From Acidobacteriota bacterium (GTDB lineage: Bacteria; Acidobacteriota; Thermoanaerobaculia; Multivoradales; Multivoraceae), in assembly GCA_029263415.1 (NCBI GenBank), contig JAJCXN010000003.1, positions 3,514 through 67,513 on the forward strand: 64,000 nucleotides of DNA. The letters are read 5' to 3'. Position numbers and translations under genes: made by a program. Below the pieces are notes generated by a model that saw only the letters and a program-made list of their open reading frames with translations, searched no databases and was not told where the DNA came from. Positions within the stretch are counted from its first letter, which is position 1; every line of letters begins with the position of its first letter. Of this stretch, positions 16,212-25,800 are shown piece by piece.

Positions 16212-18977
16212 CTAGCGGGGAACCTCCGTGGCGGACCCGGCCGAAGCGGTGGACAACTGAGCCCGGGCTTGAGCGGCCGCGGCGTTGCGTCCGGCGTTCT
16301 CCAGCAGATCGGACAACCGGTTCAGCAATCCATCTCGCCGTTGCTGAGGTACCGGCTCTAGCTGATCGACCAACTCCAGACCCTCGCGGTAGTAGGCCTC
16401 CGCTACGTCCACTCGTCCTTGCGCAGCGGCCACCAGCCCGAGGTTCTGCAAACTCGAGATTACGGTGGGGTGCTGCGGGGACAAGGTCCTTCGCTTGATG
16501 TCCAACGACCGTTCGTCGAGGCGCTGCGCCTCGTCCAGCTTGCCCTGAAGCCGGGCCACCGCGCCCCAGTTGTTGTAGACGAAGGCAACGAAGGGATGGT
16601 CCTCGCCAAAGACGTCGCGGCCGATCTCAGCTGCTCGCTCGTAGTTGCTCCAGGCTACGTCCAGTAGTCCCAGATCTTCGTGCGCCTTGCCGAGGTCGTT
16701 GTTGAAGTTCGCAATGAGAAGCAAGTTGCCCTCATGATCACGCTCGGCAAGCTCGAGTCCATCTTGGAGCAGGGCCCGCGCCTCTTCCGTCTGTCCTATT
16801 CGCAGAAGCAACGCACCAACGGACCCACGAGCACGAAGAGACATGATGTGAGACGGCCCTAGGCTCGACTCGAATAGTTCGCGTGACCTCCGCACCGCAA
16901 CCTCGGCCTCGTCGAAGCGCTCCTGACGCGCGATCACTTCGCCCAAGGCGCCCCAGGCAGACGCAGACTGAAGATCGGTTGAACCCAGAGCCTCGTGCCG
17001 CTCAATGACACGACGGAGCCGCTCCTCTGCTTCCGGGAGGCGTCCTTGCATGAGAAGCGGTTGGGTCGACCCAGTCAGAGCGCGGATCTGCCCCACCACG
17101 TCGTCAGTGGTGTCCAGAATCGAGATCGCCCGATCCAGCGTACTGTTGGCTTGCTCTAACTCCCCTAGCTCGACATAGGTGGAACCCAACTCCGCTAGAG
17201 CGGCGCCAAGGATGCGAGGATCTCCGGACTGTTCAGCGAGTTCGACGCCACGCTGTGCCACTTCGTGCGCATCTCGAATCTGGCCGCGCTCGACCAAGAT
17301 ATCCACCATCCTCTCGTGTGCAGAGGCCTCGGCACCGCGCGAGGTGCGCTCCGGAAACTCTCGATAGATCTGCAGCCCTTGGTTTCCCAGATCCTCCGCC
17401 CGGTCCAACAGCCCCAGTCCCTCGTTCACTTCGGCGAGGGTCATCAGCAACCGGGCCCGAACGGCGGGTTCATCGGCCAGGGAGTCGTCGAGATGGCGCG
17501 CGCCCTGCTCAATGAGTTCGCGCGCTGAGGAGTCAGGTCCGACCCCACTAAAGGGATCGGCTGCGTCGAACAGATCAACCAGGAACGACGACACGCGTTC
17601 AGCAGTGCGCGACTCTTGGCGTGCGAGTTCGGCCTGCCGCACCGCCTCGCGCTCGGCCTGCCGCGCTTGTACGAAACCCACCGACGCTGCAACAGCGCCG
17701 GTGAGAATGGCGGCCAAGGCCCCGGCTACCGCCACTACTCCAACGCGGTGACGGCGCACGAACTTGCGCACGCGGTAGCGAGAACTCGGCGGTCGCGCGG
17801 AGATCGGTTGGTCCGCGAGGAAACGACGTAGGTCAGCCGCAAGTTCTGCTGGGCTGCGGTACCGTCGATCTCGCTCCTTGGCCAAGGCCTTCAGAACGAT
17901 CCAGTCCAGGTCTCGCCGATATTCAGCCATACGCTGCCGAGTAGACGCCGGTCCGACCGTCCCATCCTGGGTGCCCCCAGCAACCTTGGCATTCCGATCG
18001 AGTTCCTCGAGGCGCACACTGGGTCTAGGTGGGTCTATCTCGCGCAGGCGGCGCGCCCGCTCCACCGGGGTGGAGTTGGAGCCGCCACCGGTGCGGATGG
18101 GCACCTCGCCCACGAGGATCTCGAACAAAACCACGCCCAGCGAGTACACGTCCGTGCGCGTGTCGATGTCCGTACCCTCGAGGTCAGCCTGCTCTGGGCT
18201 CATGTAGTCGGGCGTTCCAACCACCTGGCCGAGTTGGGTCATGGGCGCGGTGAGACCTTGCTCTGCAACCAGTGCCGGCGACAGGGCCTTGGCGATGCCG
18301 AAGTCGATGACCTTGGCCACCGGGTGCTCCGAATCGTCGGCCACCAAGATGTTGGACGGTTTGAGATCACGATGGATCACGCCCTTCTGATGAGCGTGTT
18401 GCACTGCGTCGCAGACTTCAAGAAACAGCCGAAGGCGCGCTTCAGTGTCGAGTTTCCGGGTGGCACAGAAGCGGGTGATCGGCGTGCCTCGCACCAACTC
18501 CATGGCAAAGAACGGCCGTCCCTCGGGGGTGGTGCCGGCGTCGAACACGCGGGCAATATTGGGGTGATCCATGCGCGCCAGAACCTGGCGTTCCGCCTCG
18601 AAGCGGGCCACGATCTGCCGCGAGTCCATGCCCGGACGAATGATCTTGAGAGCTACGTCCCGCTGGATCGGCCCTGTCTGCTCGGCGGCATAGACATCGC
18701 CCATGCCGCCCTCCCCGAGCAGTCGGTCCACGCGGTAGTGCGAGAAGGTCGTGCCCGGCTCGATGCGCCCATCGACGAAGAACTGCTTCGAAGCCGCACT
18801 CGGGCCGCCCACTACGGTGGCCGTAGAATGGTCGGAGCCAAGCAACTTGTACACCTCGGCCAGCAACTGCGGAGAATCACCACACAGTTCTTCGAGACGC
18901 GCCGCGCGTTGGTCCTGGTCCAGACTGACCACCTCAGCAACGATTGAGCGGACCCGTTCCCAGGTCTCCTTCACCAC
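16212..18977 (-). CDS. Serine/threonine protein kinase with a C-terminal TPR-repeat domain and a central transmembrane segment.
   Basis: Kinase motifs GEGGMGDVY, VALK, HRDLKPSNILV, DFGIA, SPEQ. Hydrophobic segment VGVVAVAGALAAILTGAVAA. Multiple TPR-like repeats through the C-terminal ~450 aa. GTG start. Confidence 0.85.
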   Translation of the reverse strand: MVKETWERVRSIVAEVVSLDQDQRAARLEELCGDSPQLLAEVYKLLGSDHSTATVVGGPSAASKQFFVDGRIEPGTTFSHYRVDRLLGEGGMGDVYAAEQTGPIQRDVALKIIRPGMDSRQIVARFEAERQVLARMDHPNIARVFDAGTTPEGRPFFAMELVRGTPITRFCATRKLDTEARLRLFLEVCDAVQHAHQKGVIHRDLKPSNILVADDSEHPVAKVIDFGIAKALSPALVAEQGLTAPMTQLGQVVGTPDYMSPEQADLEGTDIDTRTDVYSLGVVLFEILVGEVPIRTGGGSNSTPVERARRLREIDPPRPSVRLEELDRNAKVAGGTQDGTVGPASTRQRMAEYRRDLDWIVLKALAKERDRRYRSPAELAADLRRFLADQPISARPPSSRYRVRKFVRRHRVGVVAVAGALAAILTGAVAASVGFVQARQAEREAVRQAELARQESRTAERVSSFLVDLFDAADPFSGVGPDSSARELIEQGARHLDDSLADEPAVRARLLMTLAEVNEGLGLLDRAEDLGNQGLQIYREFPERTSRGAEASAHERMVDILVERGQIRDAHEVAQRGVELAEQSGDPRILGAALAELGSTYVELGELEQANSTLDRAISILDTTDDVVGQIRALTGSTQPLLMQGRLPEAEERLRRVIERHEALGSTDLQSASAWGALGEVIARQERFDEAEVAVRRSRELFESSLGPSHIMSLRARGSVGALLLRIGQTEEARALLQDGLELAERDHEGNLLLIANFNNDLGKAHEDLGLLDVAWSNYERAAEIGRDVFGEDHPFVAFVYNNWGAVARLQGKLDEAQRLDERSLDIKRRTLSPQHPTVISSLQNLGLVAAAQGRVDVAEAYYREGLELVDQLEPVPQQRRDGLLNRLSDLLENAGRNAAAAQARAQLSTASAGSATEVPR

Positions 18978-19190
18978 CGGCCGGCTCCTTCATCCTGTCT
19001 ATCGTGTTCGATTGAATCGCCAGTATAGGACGGACTCAGCAAAAGATCGATGCTTGGACGGCGAGGGCCGGACCAGGTGTTGCGAAGCCTGGTTTTGTAT
19101 CTTCCTTGAAGACGCCGTCCTTCCAGCCAACCGCTCAAGACCCGTGCGCCCCGGATAGACATGCATGTGCATGCATCATACGATGGGCAC

Positions 19191-19430
19191 ATGAGAACGA
19201 CCCTTGAGATCCCCGATGAACAGCGTGCTCGGTTACTCGAAATAGCGGGAGCGCGTGGGGAGAAGGGTTACTCACATTTGGTCCAGGAGGCGATCGAACT
19301 CCTCCTAGAGCAACTGCGCCGCAAAGAGGGAAAGGTCCAAGCCGCCCTGGCCCAAAAGGGTGTCTTGTCTGAGAAGGAAGCGGATGACCTCGAACGTCGA
19401 ACCCAGCAAACCCGGTGCGACTGGCGTTGA
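19191..19430 (+). CDS. vapB: VapB-type ribbon-helix-helix antitoxin.
   Basis: MRTTLEIPDEQRARLLEIAGARGEKGYSHLVQEAIELL is a typical RHH fold signature. The stop overlaps the GTG start of the downstream PIN gene by 16 nt. Confidence 0.7.
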   Translation: MRTTLEIPDEQRARLLEIAGARGEKGYSHLVQEAIELLLEQLRRKEGKVQAALAQKGVLSEKEADDLERRTQQTRCDWR

Positions 19431-19831
19431 TCGTTGCAGACACCGATGTCTTGATCGACTTTCTTCGCGGTCACCAACCAATGGCGGATCGCATTGCCAT
19501 CGAACTCACCTCAGGCTCCTTCGTGACCACAGTCATCACTGAATTCGAACTCAGGAGCGGAGTTCGTAGTAGCCGACAAGCGACCGCCGTGGACGCTCTA
19601 CTGGACGCTTTGGATGTCTATTCTCTCGATCCTCCTGCGGCAAGGCGAGCCAGCGGTGTGCGGAGGGTGCTGGAATCGAAGGGAGAATCCATCGGCATGG
19701 CGGATTCCCTAATTGCCGGGATCTGCCTCGATAGGAATGCCGTCCTGCTCACCCGAAACAAAAAGCACTTTTCGCGAGTTGCAGACCTAGTCATCAGTGG
19801 CAATTCTCATCCTTCAGCAACGTCGCTCTGA
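19415..19831 (+). CDS. vapC: VapC PIN-domain toxin.
   Basis: ALIVADTDVLIDFL...ADSLIAGICLDRNAVLLTRNKKHF matches the PIN acidic residues and the C-terminal T.N..HF motif. GTG start at 19415. Confidence 0.75.
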   Translation: MRLALIVADTDVLIDFLRGHQPMADRIAIELTSGSFVTTVITEFELRSGVRSSRQATAVDALLDALDVYSLDPPAARRASGVRRVLESKGESIGMADSLIAGICLDRNAVLLTRNKKHFSRVADLVISGNSHPSATSL

Positions 19832-19884
19832 GAGCGAGATTGTTCTGTGGGTGACCATGTAGAGACGGCCACGTAGGGTGCGTC

Positions 19885-20005
19885 GGAGTGCTTTTCCCAT
19901 GTCCCAATAGACGCCGGAGGCAATGCAGGTCGCTAAAAACAGGACTATCTTGGATACGGCGACCCGACCGTCAAGTGATCTGCCGATCCGTTCGACACCT
20001 CTGAC
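19885..20005 (+). repeat. ~120-bp repeat, second family (leader-like); other copy at 43232-43345.
   Basis: GGAGTGCTTTTCCCATGTCCCAATAGACGCCGGAGGCAA...CTTGGATACGGCGAC...GATCTGCCGATCCGTTCGACACCTC aligns with 43232-43342 at high identity. Confidence 0.6.
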
Positions 20006-20163
20006 TCTGACTCTGACTCCTCTGACTACCTCTGACTATTCGACACCCGAGAGCCGCGGTGGGATCGAGAACCCGAGATAGACCGAGGTGAGACCGAGGA
20101 GACCGAGGAGACCGAGGAGACCGAGGAGACCGAGGAGATGAACGAATCGGAAGAAAGAGGCCT
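20001..20163 (+). repeat. Dispersed repeat, copy D: (CTCTGA)n, then (GAGACCGAG)x~6, then truncated core ATGAACGAATCGGAAGAAAGAGG.
   Basis: Direct reading. Core matches 20139-20161. Lies between convergent genes. Confidence 0.65.
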
Positions 20164-20170
20164 CTTCACC

Positions 20171-22510
20171 TCAGGCGACTGGCCGGCTACTCCGGCTTTG
20201 GGCAGACAACACGAGTGAGCGTAGTTGCGCCGGATCCACTGGTTTGTGTAGCAAAGGAACACCTAACTCTTTCGCTTGTATGCGGCGCTCATTGCTGGTG
20301 TCTCCAGTGATCATGGCTTGAGTGCACGGATGCGACTTGGCAACAGCTGTGAGCAGCTCCAAACCTGACTGTCTGCCGCCAAGATCGACGTCGGCGAGCA
20401 TGAGATCTGGTCGCAGGGTGCTTTGCTCCAGCTCTTTCAACACGGCGGAGGCGCTAGAGAAGGTTTGTACACTCAGCCCCCAATCTTCCAGCAGACCGCC
20501 CATGGCGTCGCGAACCATCTCGTCGTTGTCTACAAACCAAACGACGATACTGCGTTGCAAGTCAGCGGTCCCGGAGGCCTTCAGCTCAGGCTCCGAAGGC
20601 GGTTCGGTTAGTGGCACTTCAAGGGAGAAGACCGTGCCCTGGCCAGGGATCGATCTCGTAGCCAGAGGATGTCCCAAGAGGTCCGCAGTACGCTGCACAA
20701 TTGACAGGCCCAAACCCATGCCCCCTGCTTGGGTACCGGGCACCTGGACGAACTCCTCGAATGCTAGTTCAATCTCATCTGCGGTCATGCCGTTTCCGGT
20801 ATCCCACACCTGGATCAGCGCAACTCCATGGGCTCGCCGGCGGCAGCTCAGGAGAACGCCGCCAGAACTCGTGTAACGCAGGGCGTTGGACACCAAATTG
20901 CGCACAATCCTATTCAGCAGAACGATGTCAGAACGCACGTACACATCTTGTGTTCGGCAGGAAAAGCGTAGGCCCTGAGCTTCGGCTTGCGGACGAAACT
21001 CATCGGCAACTTCTCTAAGGACCTGTTGTAGAGCAACAGCACTTGGGTCAACCGTCTCGACACCGGCATCGAGACGACTGACGTCGAGCAATGAGTTGAA
21101 CAACCTGCTCATCGAGTCGACACTTCGTTTGAGCTTGTTAAGGACTGAAGCGCCTTCGGCACTCTCTACGTGCTGATCGAGCGTGGCGGCGAACAGGCCG
21201 AGTGCGTGAAGTGGTTGGCGCAGGTCGTGGCTTGCTGCGGCAAAGAACCGTGAGCGCGCGTTGGCGAGAGACTCGAGCTCCAGTGCCTGGTCTTCGAAGC
21301 GTCTTGAATCTCGGTGACTTCGCCTGGCCTGCTGTTGTGCGTGGTCACGTTCCAGACGCTGTTGATTGATTAGAGCCGCGAGTCCCAGGGCGAGCAGGAT
21401 GGGTTGCAGGCCGGAACCGAGGTAGTAGTAGAGCCAACCGTTCTTTAGTAGATGGCTGGGCATTATCGCTGGGAACAGGTTCCCTACTTCGCTGACCAGA
21501 ATGCCGATTCCCGCTGGCACGAAGGACAGGGTAAAAAGGCGTGCTACTCGACTGCCGCCCACCGAGACATAGATCGACGCAGACAAGACCAACACCGTTC
21601 CGCTGACAAGCAGGAGAGCCTGCGATGCACCAGCACCCTGCGGAGTGAACCCCAAGAAGAGAACCAGGAGCCCGGCACCGTGGTAGGCGAGAAACAGCTT
21701 GTCGATTCTGGGATGCACTTTTGCGATGGGCAGCAACTGCCGCGCAAACTCGACCATGGCAAGAGCCGTAATGCACCAACCAGTATCCGAAATCGTGCGT
21801 AGAAAGTAGCCGGAGTAGGCGCGCTCGGTGTAGAACAACACGTACCCGTCGTAGAAAATCGTGGCCACGGAGTAGGCCACCAGGTGCAGCACGTAGTAGC
21901 CGTAGTAGTGGACTCCAGTAGTACGAAATACGATCGTCCAGTACACCGCGATCGCCATCAAGAGTGCGAGCAGGCTCGTCTGCACGTCGGCGGTTAGGGC
22001 ATTGCGACCGTCTGCATGTTGCTCACTACTGACTTGAATGCGATCAAGCCCGCCATTCGATATTCGTAGCAAGAGAGTTGTTGGAGTGGTGGAAAGAATG
22101 ACCGCAAAACGTGGATAGCGGGCCCGCACTTGCCGCTCGGATCGCGGCACCATCGACCCGGCCAACCCGTGCCAGACCGCGTTGCCGTCTTGCACCAAAT
22201 AGGCGTCTATTCGCTCTGCTTTGGAGTTGCCAAACTCAAGTGAGTAGCCTTGTGCCCGCTTGGTTGAACCGACTAGTTCGATCTTTGCCAGGACCTCGCC
22301 AGTCTTCAGCTGACCGCTGGCCAGGACCAGCGACCGTTCGCTTGCTTTCAGGAAGTCATGCGCCACTCGTTGCTCTCGCACCACATGCGTTTCGGCCTGG
22401 TCAAGTAGATTGACCCGCCCGGCCGTAGCGTCAACCTGGACTTGAGCAAGAAGCCCTGAAGTGCTCACGGCGGCGACGCAGCAGAGATGAAAAATTCGGC
22501 GGATCAACAT
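20171..22510 (-). CDS. Hybrid sensor histidine kinase/response regulator with N-terminal 7TMR-DISM (extracellular + 7TM) sensor. ATG at 22510 preferred over TTG at 22558.
   Basis: Signal peptide MLIRRIFHLCCVAAVSTSGLLAQV. A block of seven hydrophobic helices. HisKA H-box FFAAASHDLRQPLHAL. HATPase motifs (VWDTGNGM, GMGLGLSIV). C-terminal REC domain (VWFVDND...LMLADVDLGG...ITGD). Confidence 0.85.
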   Translation of the reverse strand: MLIRRIFHLCCVAAVSTSGLLAQVQVDATAGRVNLLDQAETHVVREQRVAHDFLKASERSLVLASGQLKTGEVLAKIELVGSTKRAQGYSLEFGNSKAERIDAYLVQDGNAVWHGLAGSMVPRSERQVRARYPRFAVILSTTPTTLLLRISNGGLDRIQVSSEQHADGRNALTADVQTSLLALLMAIAVYWTIVFRTTGVHYYGYYVLHLVAYSVATIFYDGYVLFYTERAYSGYFLRTISDTGWCITALAMVEFARQLLPIAKVHPRIDKLFLAYHGAGLLVLFLGFTPQGAGASQALLLVSGTVLVLSASIYVSVGGSRVARLFTLSFVPAGIGILVSEVGNLFPAIMPSHLLKNGWLYYYLGSGLQPILLALGLAALINQQRLERDHAQQQARRSHRDSRRFEDQALELESLANARSRFFAAASHDLRQPLHALGLFAATLDQHVESAEGASVLNKLKRSVDSMSRLFNSLLDVSRLDAGVETVDPSAVALQQVLREVADEFRPQAEAQGLRFSCRTQDVYVRSDIVLLNRIVRNLVSNALRYTSSGGVLLSCRRRAHGVALIQVWDTGNGMTADEIELAFEEFVQVPGTQAGGMGLGLSIVQRTADLLGHPLATRSIPGQGTVFSLEVPLTEPPSEPELKASGTADLQRSIVVWFVDNDEMVRDAMGGLLEDWGLSVQTFSSASAVLKELEQSTLRPDLMLADVDLGGRQSGLELLTAVAKSHPCTQAMITGDTSNERRIQAKELGVPLLHKPVDPAQLRSLVLSAQSRSSRPVA

Positions 22511-22642
22511 TGCTTTGGGTGTACAGCTTCCTGTCTTCTTGGGTTCCGTAGAGCGCAAGAGTTGGCGGCACTTGAAATCCGTGAGGCAGGAGTCAGGCGT
22601 AGTTCGTGGCCGAACCCTAGCCGCTACTGACTCGGCTCAGTA

Positions 22643-22722
22643 ACCCTCCATTCGTAGGGGTGTGACTACTTGTGCGAACTGGTGTGCTCGCGCGAGTCCA
22701 ACAACCCTACATTCGTAGGGTT
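22643..22722. promoter_or_regulatory. Two copies of an ~18-bp palindromic motif AACCCTnCATTCGTAGGG(TT), 60 bp apart, in the divergent promoter region between the hybrid HK and the giant adhesin gene.
   Basis: 22703-22722 AACCCTACATTCGTAGGGTT is a perfect 8-4-8 inverted repeat. 22643-22660 AACCCTCCATTCGTAGGG is the same with one arm mismatch. Confidence 0.4.
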
Positions 22723-22854
22723 GCATTAGCTCTTCGCGCTTCCTAGGCTTGGGAGGTGACATGAACCTCAGATTGACACTTCAGATCATGGTCTCGAGAA
22801 ACTACCCTTCACGTTAGGCCGTGCTGAGCAATCAGAACCTCCTAGGGGTCTCCC

Positions 22855-25800
22855 ATGGCTACAGCAACGTCGTTCTACACCAAGGTTCAGGGGACCTTGG
22901 CCCTGCTCCTTGTGACATGCCAGGTTGCAAGTGCTCAGCTCTCAGCATCCACGCCAGTTGCCCTTGGCTCGAACTCCAGTACTAAGGAATCTGAGAGAAG
23001 TAGAGCCAACGAGGTAGCGCTTGCGAACTACAACGGTTTCGAGAGAGACCAGTTGGAAGGGATGGCGCGGGAACTCTTGAGTGAGCAAGACCTCGCTCAA
23101 ATCGCGACGCTTTCGGACGACCTCACCCAAGATCTTCTCAATCGTGGGCTCACGACCAACGAAGCGGTTGGTGCTTGTGCGCTAACTGGCAACATCATTT
23201 TCACGTGGGGCGCCTCCAACCTCACTTCTTTCGGTGCGATCGGGATCGTCAAGGCCTTCTTCAGCGGTGGCTTGTTGACCAACAAACTTGCGAGCATTCA
23301 CAAGTACCTGATCGCGGTGGTCGCTGGCTCAACGATCATGACTGCCTGCCCGCCGTTTCTCGTTCCAGGTGACTTCAGTACCTATTCTCGGCAGGAAAAG
23401 TTGGACTGGGCCCTTTCACGCGGGTTCGCGGCGACCAAGGCAGATGATCTGCTTTTGTCGGTCGATGAGCCGACAAATCCTGGCTCCTGCCAGCGGACCG
23501 TGCAGATGGATCTGCTCGTCGATCCTGAGTACTCGGGTGAGGTCAATCGCTTCGAAGTGACTGATCCAGGCACGCTACCGCCCTTGCCTGGTATCGCACT
23601 GATAGAGCCATTTGGAACATTCCCAAGCCCCGCTGGTGATCTGAACTCCGGCTTCTTGCAGCCTGGACTATTCTCAGCCATCTCTTTCGGATTGAGGCTG
23701 TTCGCAAGTTCAACCCCACCGCCGCAGGTCATTGACACCAGTGACAGCCTCTCGCTCTTCCCTGGCGGATTGACTGACAACCTCGCTTGGGCGATGGACA
23801 TCATGCCGGATCTCAGTCCCTTTTTTGAAGATCCAGATCGGTTGTCTTGGTACACCAACCCCTTTGAGTCTTGGCAACCACCAGTGACCGTGTTGGACTT
23901 GCCGGGCGATGCCGTTGGCATGCAACTCGAAGTCGGTTCTTCCGAGATTCGTTTCCAGGGTCGCGGCGAAAATGTGACTCTGGAAGACTTGTTGGGATTG
24001 GGCGGCGAAGATGCTTTCTTCGAGACTTTGGGTGACGTGTTCGGGCTGGATGGCCCTGTGGACCTCGGATTCAATCTTAATCCGTATACAGAGTTCTTCA
24101 ACTCCTTGACCTACGAACAAGAGGTCACTGTCACGGAGGGCTTTGCGCCAGAGTTCGTGGTCTTGACCACTGAGGTGGTGCCGTCAATTTCCCCGAATCC
24201 GATTCCAATCGTGCAGTCGTTGGTCTATGAGGCCTTGTTTCCCACCGGCGTTGATCGGGGGTTGATCCAGCCCTATGAGACGGCTGGTGGGCTAACGATC
24301 ACGGACAATTGTGATCAAGCACCCCGGTTGATCGACAATGTGCCTCCTCACGTTCCGCTGGGCATTAGCTACCACTCTGTTGCGGCAGAAGATGCTTCCG
24401 GAAATAGAAGCAGCGACTACTGGGTAAAAATCGAGGTCATCGACACGATACCTCCCGATTTGCCCCCAACCGATGCCGTGACTGTTGAGGTACCAGCTGG
24501 ATCAACCGCACCGCTGGGGCCGTACATCTGTACCGACTATCTCTGCCAGATCAATGACCCCGTCCCGCTCTTTCCGCCACCCTTTTTCGACTTAGCATCG
24601 TTGGCACCGCAGTATGGGTGCACAGTTAGCAACACGATTGGTGCAGATGTACCGTGTGAAGCGGCTAGCGTGCCCATTGGCAATGCGAGTACCGCCGTTC
24701 CTCCTTCGGTGATCCGCTGGACAGCCACCGACGCGGCCGGCAATTCAAGTTCGATCGATCAGTTGGTCGCCTTTCGGGAGGTGGGATCAAACCAGCGGCC
24801 GGCGGCAACGGCGGCCAGCTACACGATTGCTGCCAATCAACCGACCACGATCCCTCTGGCCGGCACCGACGGCGACCTCGATCCGCTCGACTTTCTATTG
24901 ACGATGCCACCAGTGTTTGGCGACCTAGAAATCTCTGCCGAGCCGACCTTTCAAACCAGGTTCAGCCTCAACGGCACACTGCAAAGGTTGACGGGGGTTG
25001 TGCAATACAGGGTCAGTGTGAATGCGATCACTCGCTATCTTGTGGCCGACACAGCCAATCGTCGCCTGATTGAAGTAGATGGCAATGGTGCCCTCACCAA
25101 CATGCTCTTCCTCGGTCAAGTGCAACCACATGCGATTGCGTCGTATCGGCGTCCCTCGGTTGTTGAGCAAATCAGCAATTCCGTCTTTAGCAACCAGAGC
25201 GCAATCGCGGACAGTCTCGTCATCGCGGATGTAAGTACCAACAAGCTTCATACCTTGGTCTGGGACTCTACTCTTGGCTACGTACCGTCGACGGGAATAC
25301 CGATTCCTTCAGCTTTCGGCAACACAGACCCTGTGATGTCGATTGGGTTTGACATCGCCGACACTCCCGGAGGCTCCTTCGGCGATCAATTGCTAATCGT
25401 GCGCCAGGGTGATGGTGTTGCCAGCACAGAGTCATTCAACGGGAACTTTGGTGACGGATTCGCCTTGACGCCTGATTCGGCGTGGAACCCCTCTGGGGGT
25501 AGTGCCTGGACGATTCAGGCAGAAAAGTACGCAATTGGTCCAGACTGTGACGATACTGCCGGAGGCTACTACCAGGTGGTACACGAGTTTGCACATGGCT
25601 CGATTGGCGCAGGTGACCGGATCTTTCGGCGCCGCAATCACTCTCCGTCGAGTCTCACCCGGATTGACTTTCCGTCCCTAAGCCTAGACGCCGCGGTGAC
25701 GGGAATGTTCGTCGAATGCACGGGCTCTAATTCAGTCAACCTAGTCCTCGCAGACAATGAAGGTCAGCGTCTTCAGCGCTGGAGACAAACGTTCAACAAT

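Noticed and set aside
19161-19190. Upstream ATG (19161) as the vapB1 start (MHVHASYDGH-).
   Set aside because: The RHH fold begins with MRTTLEIP at 19191. The extra 10 residues overlap the palindromic operator-like ATGCAT repeats.
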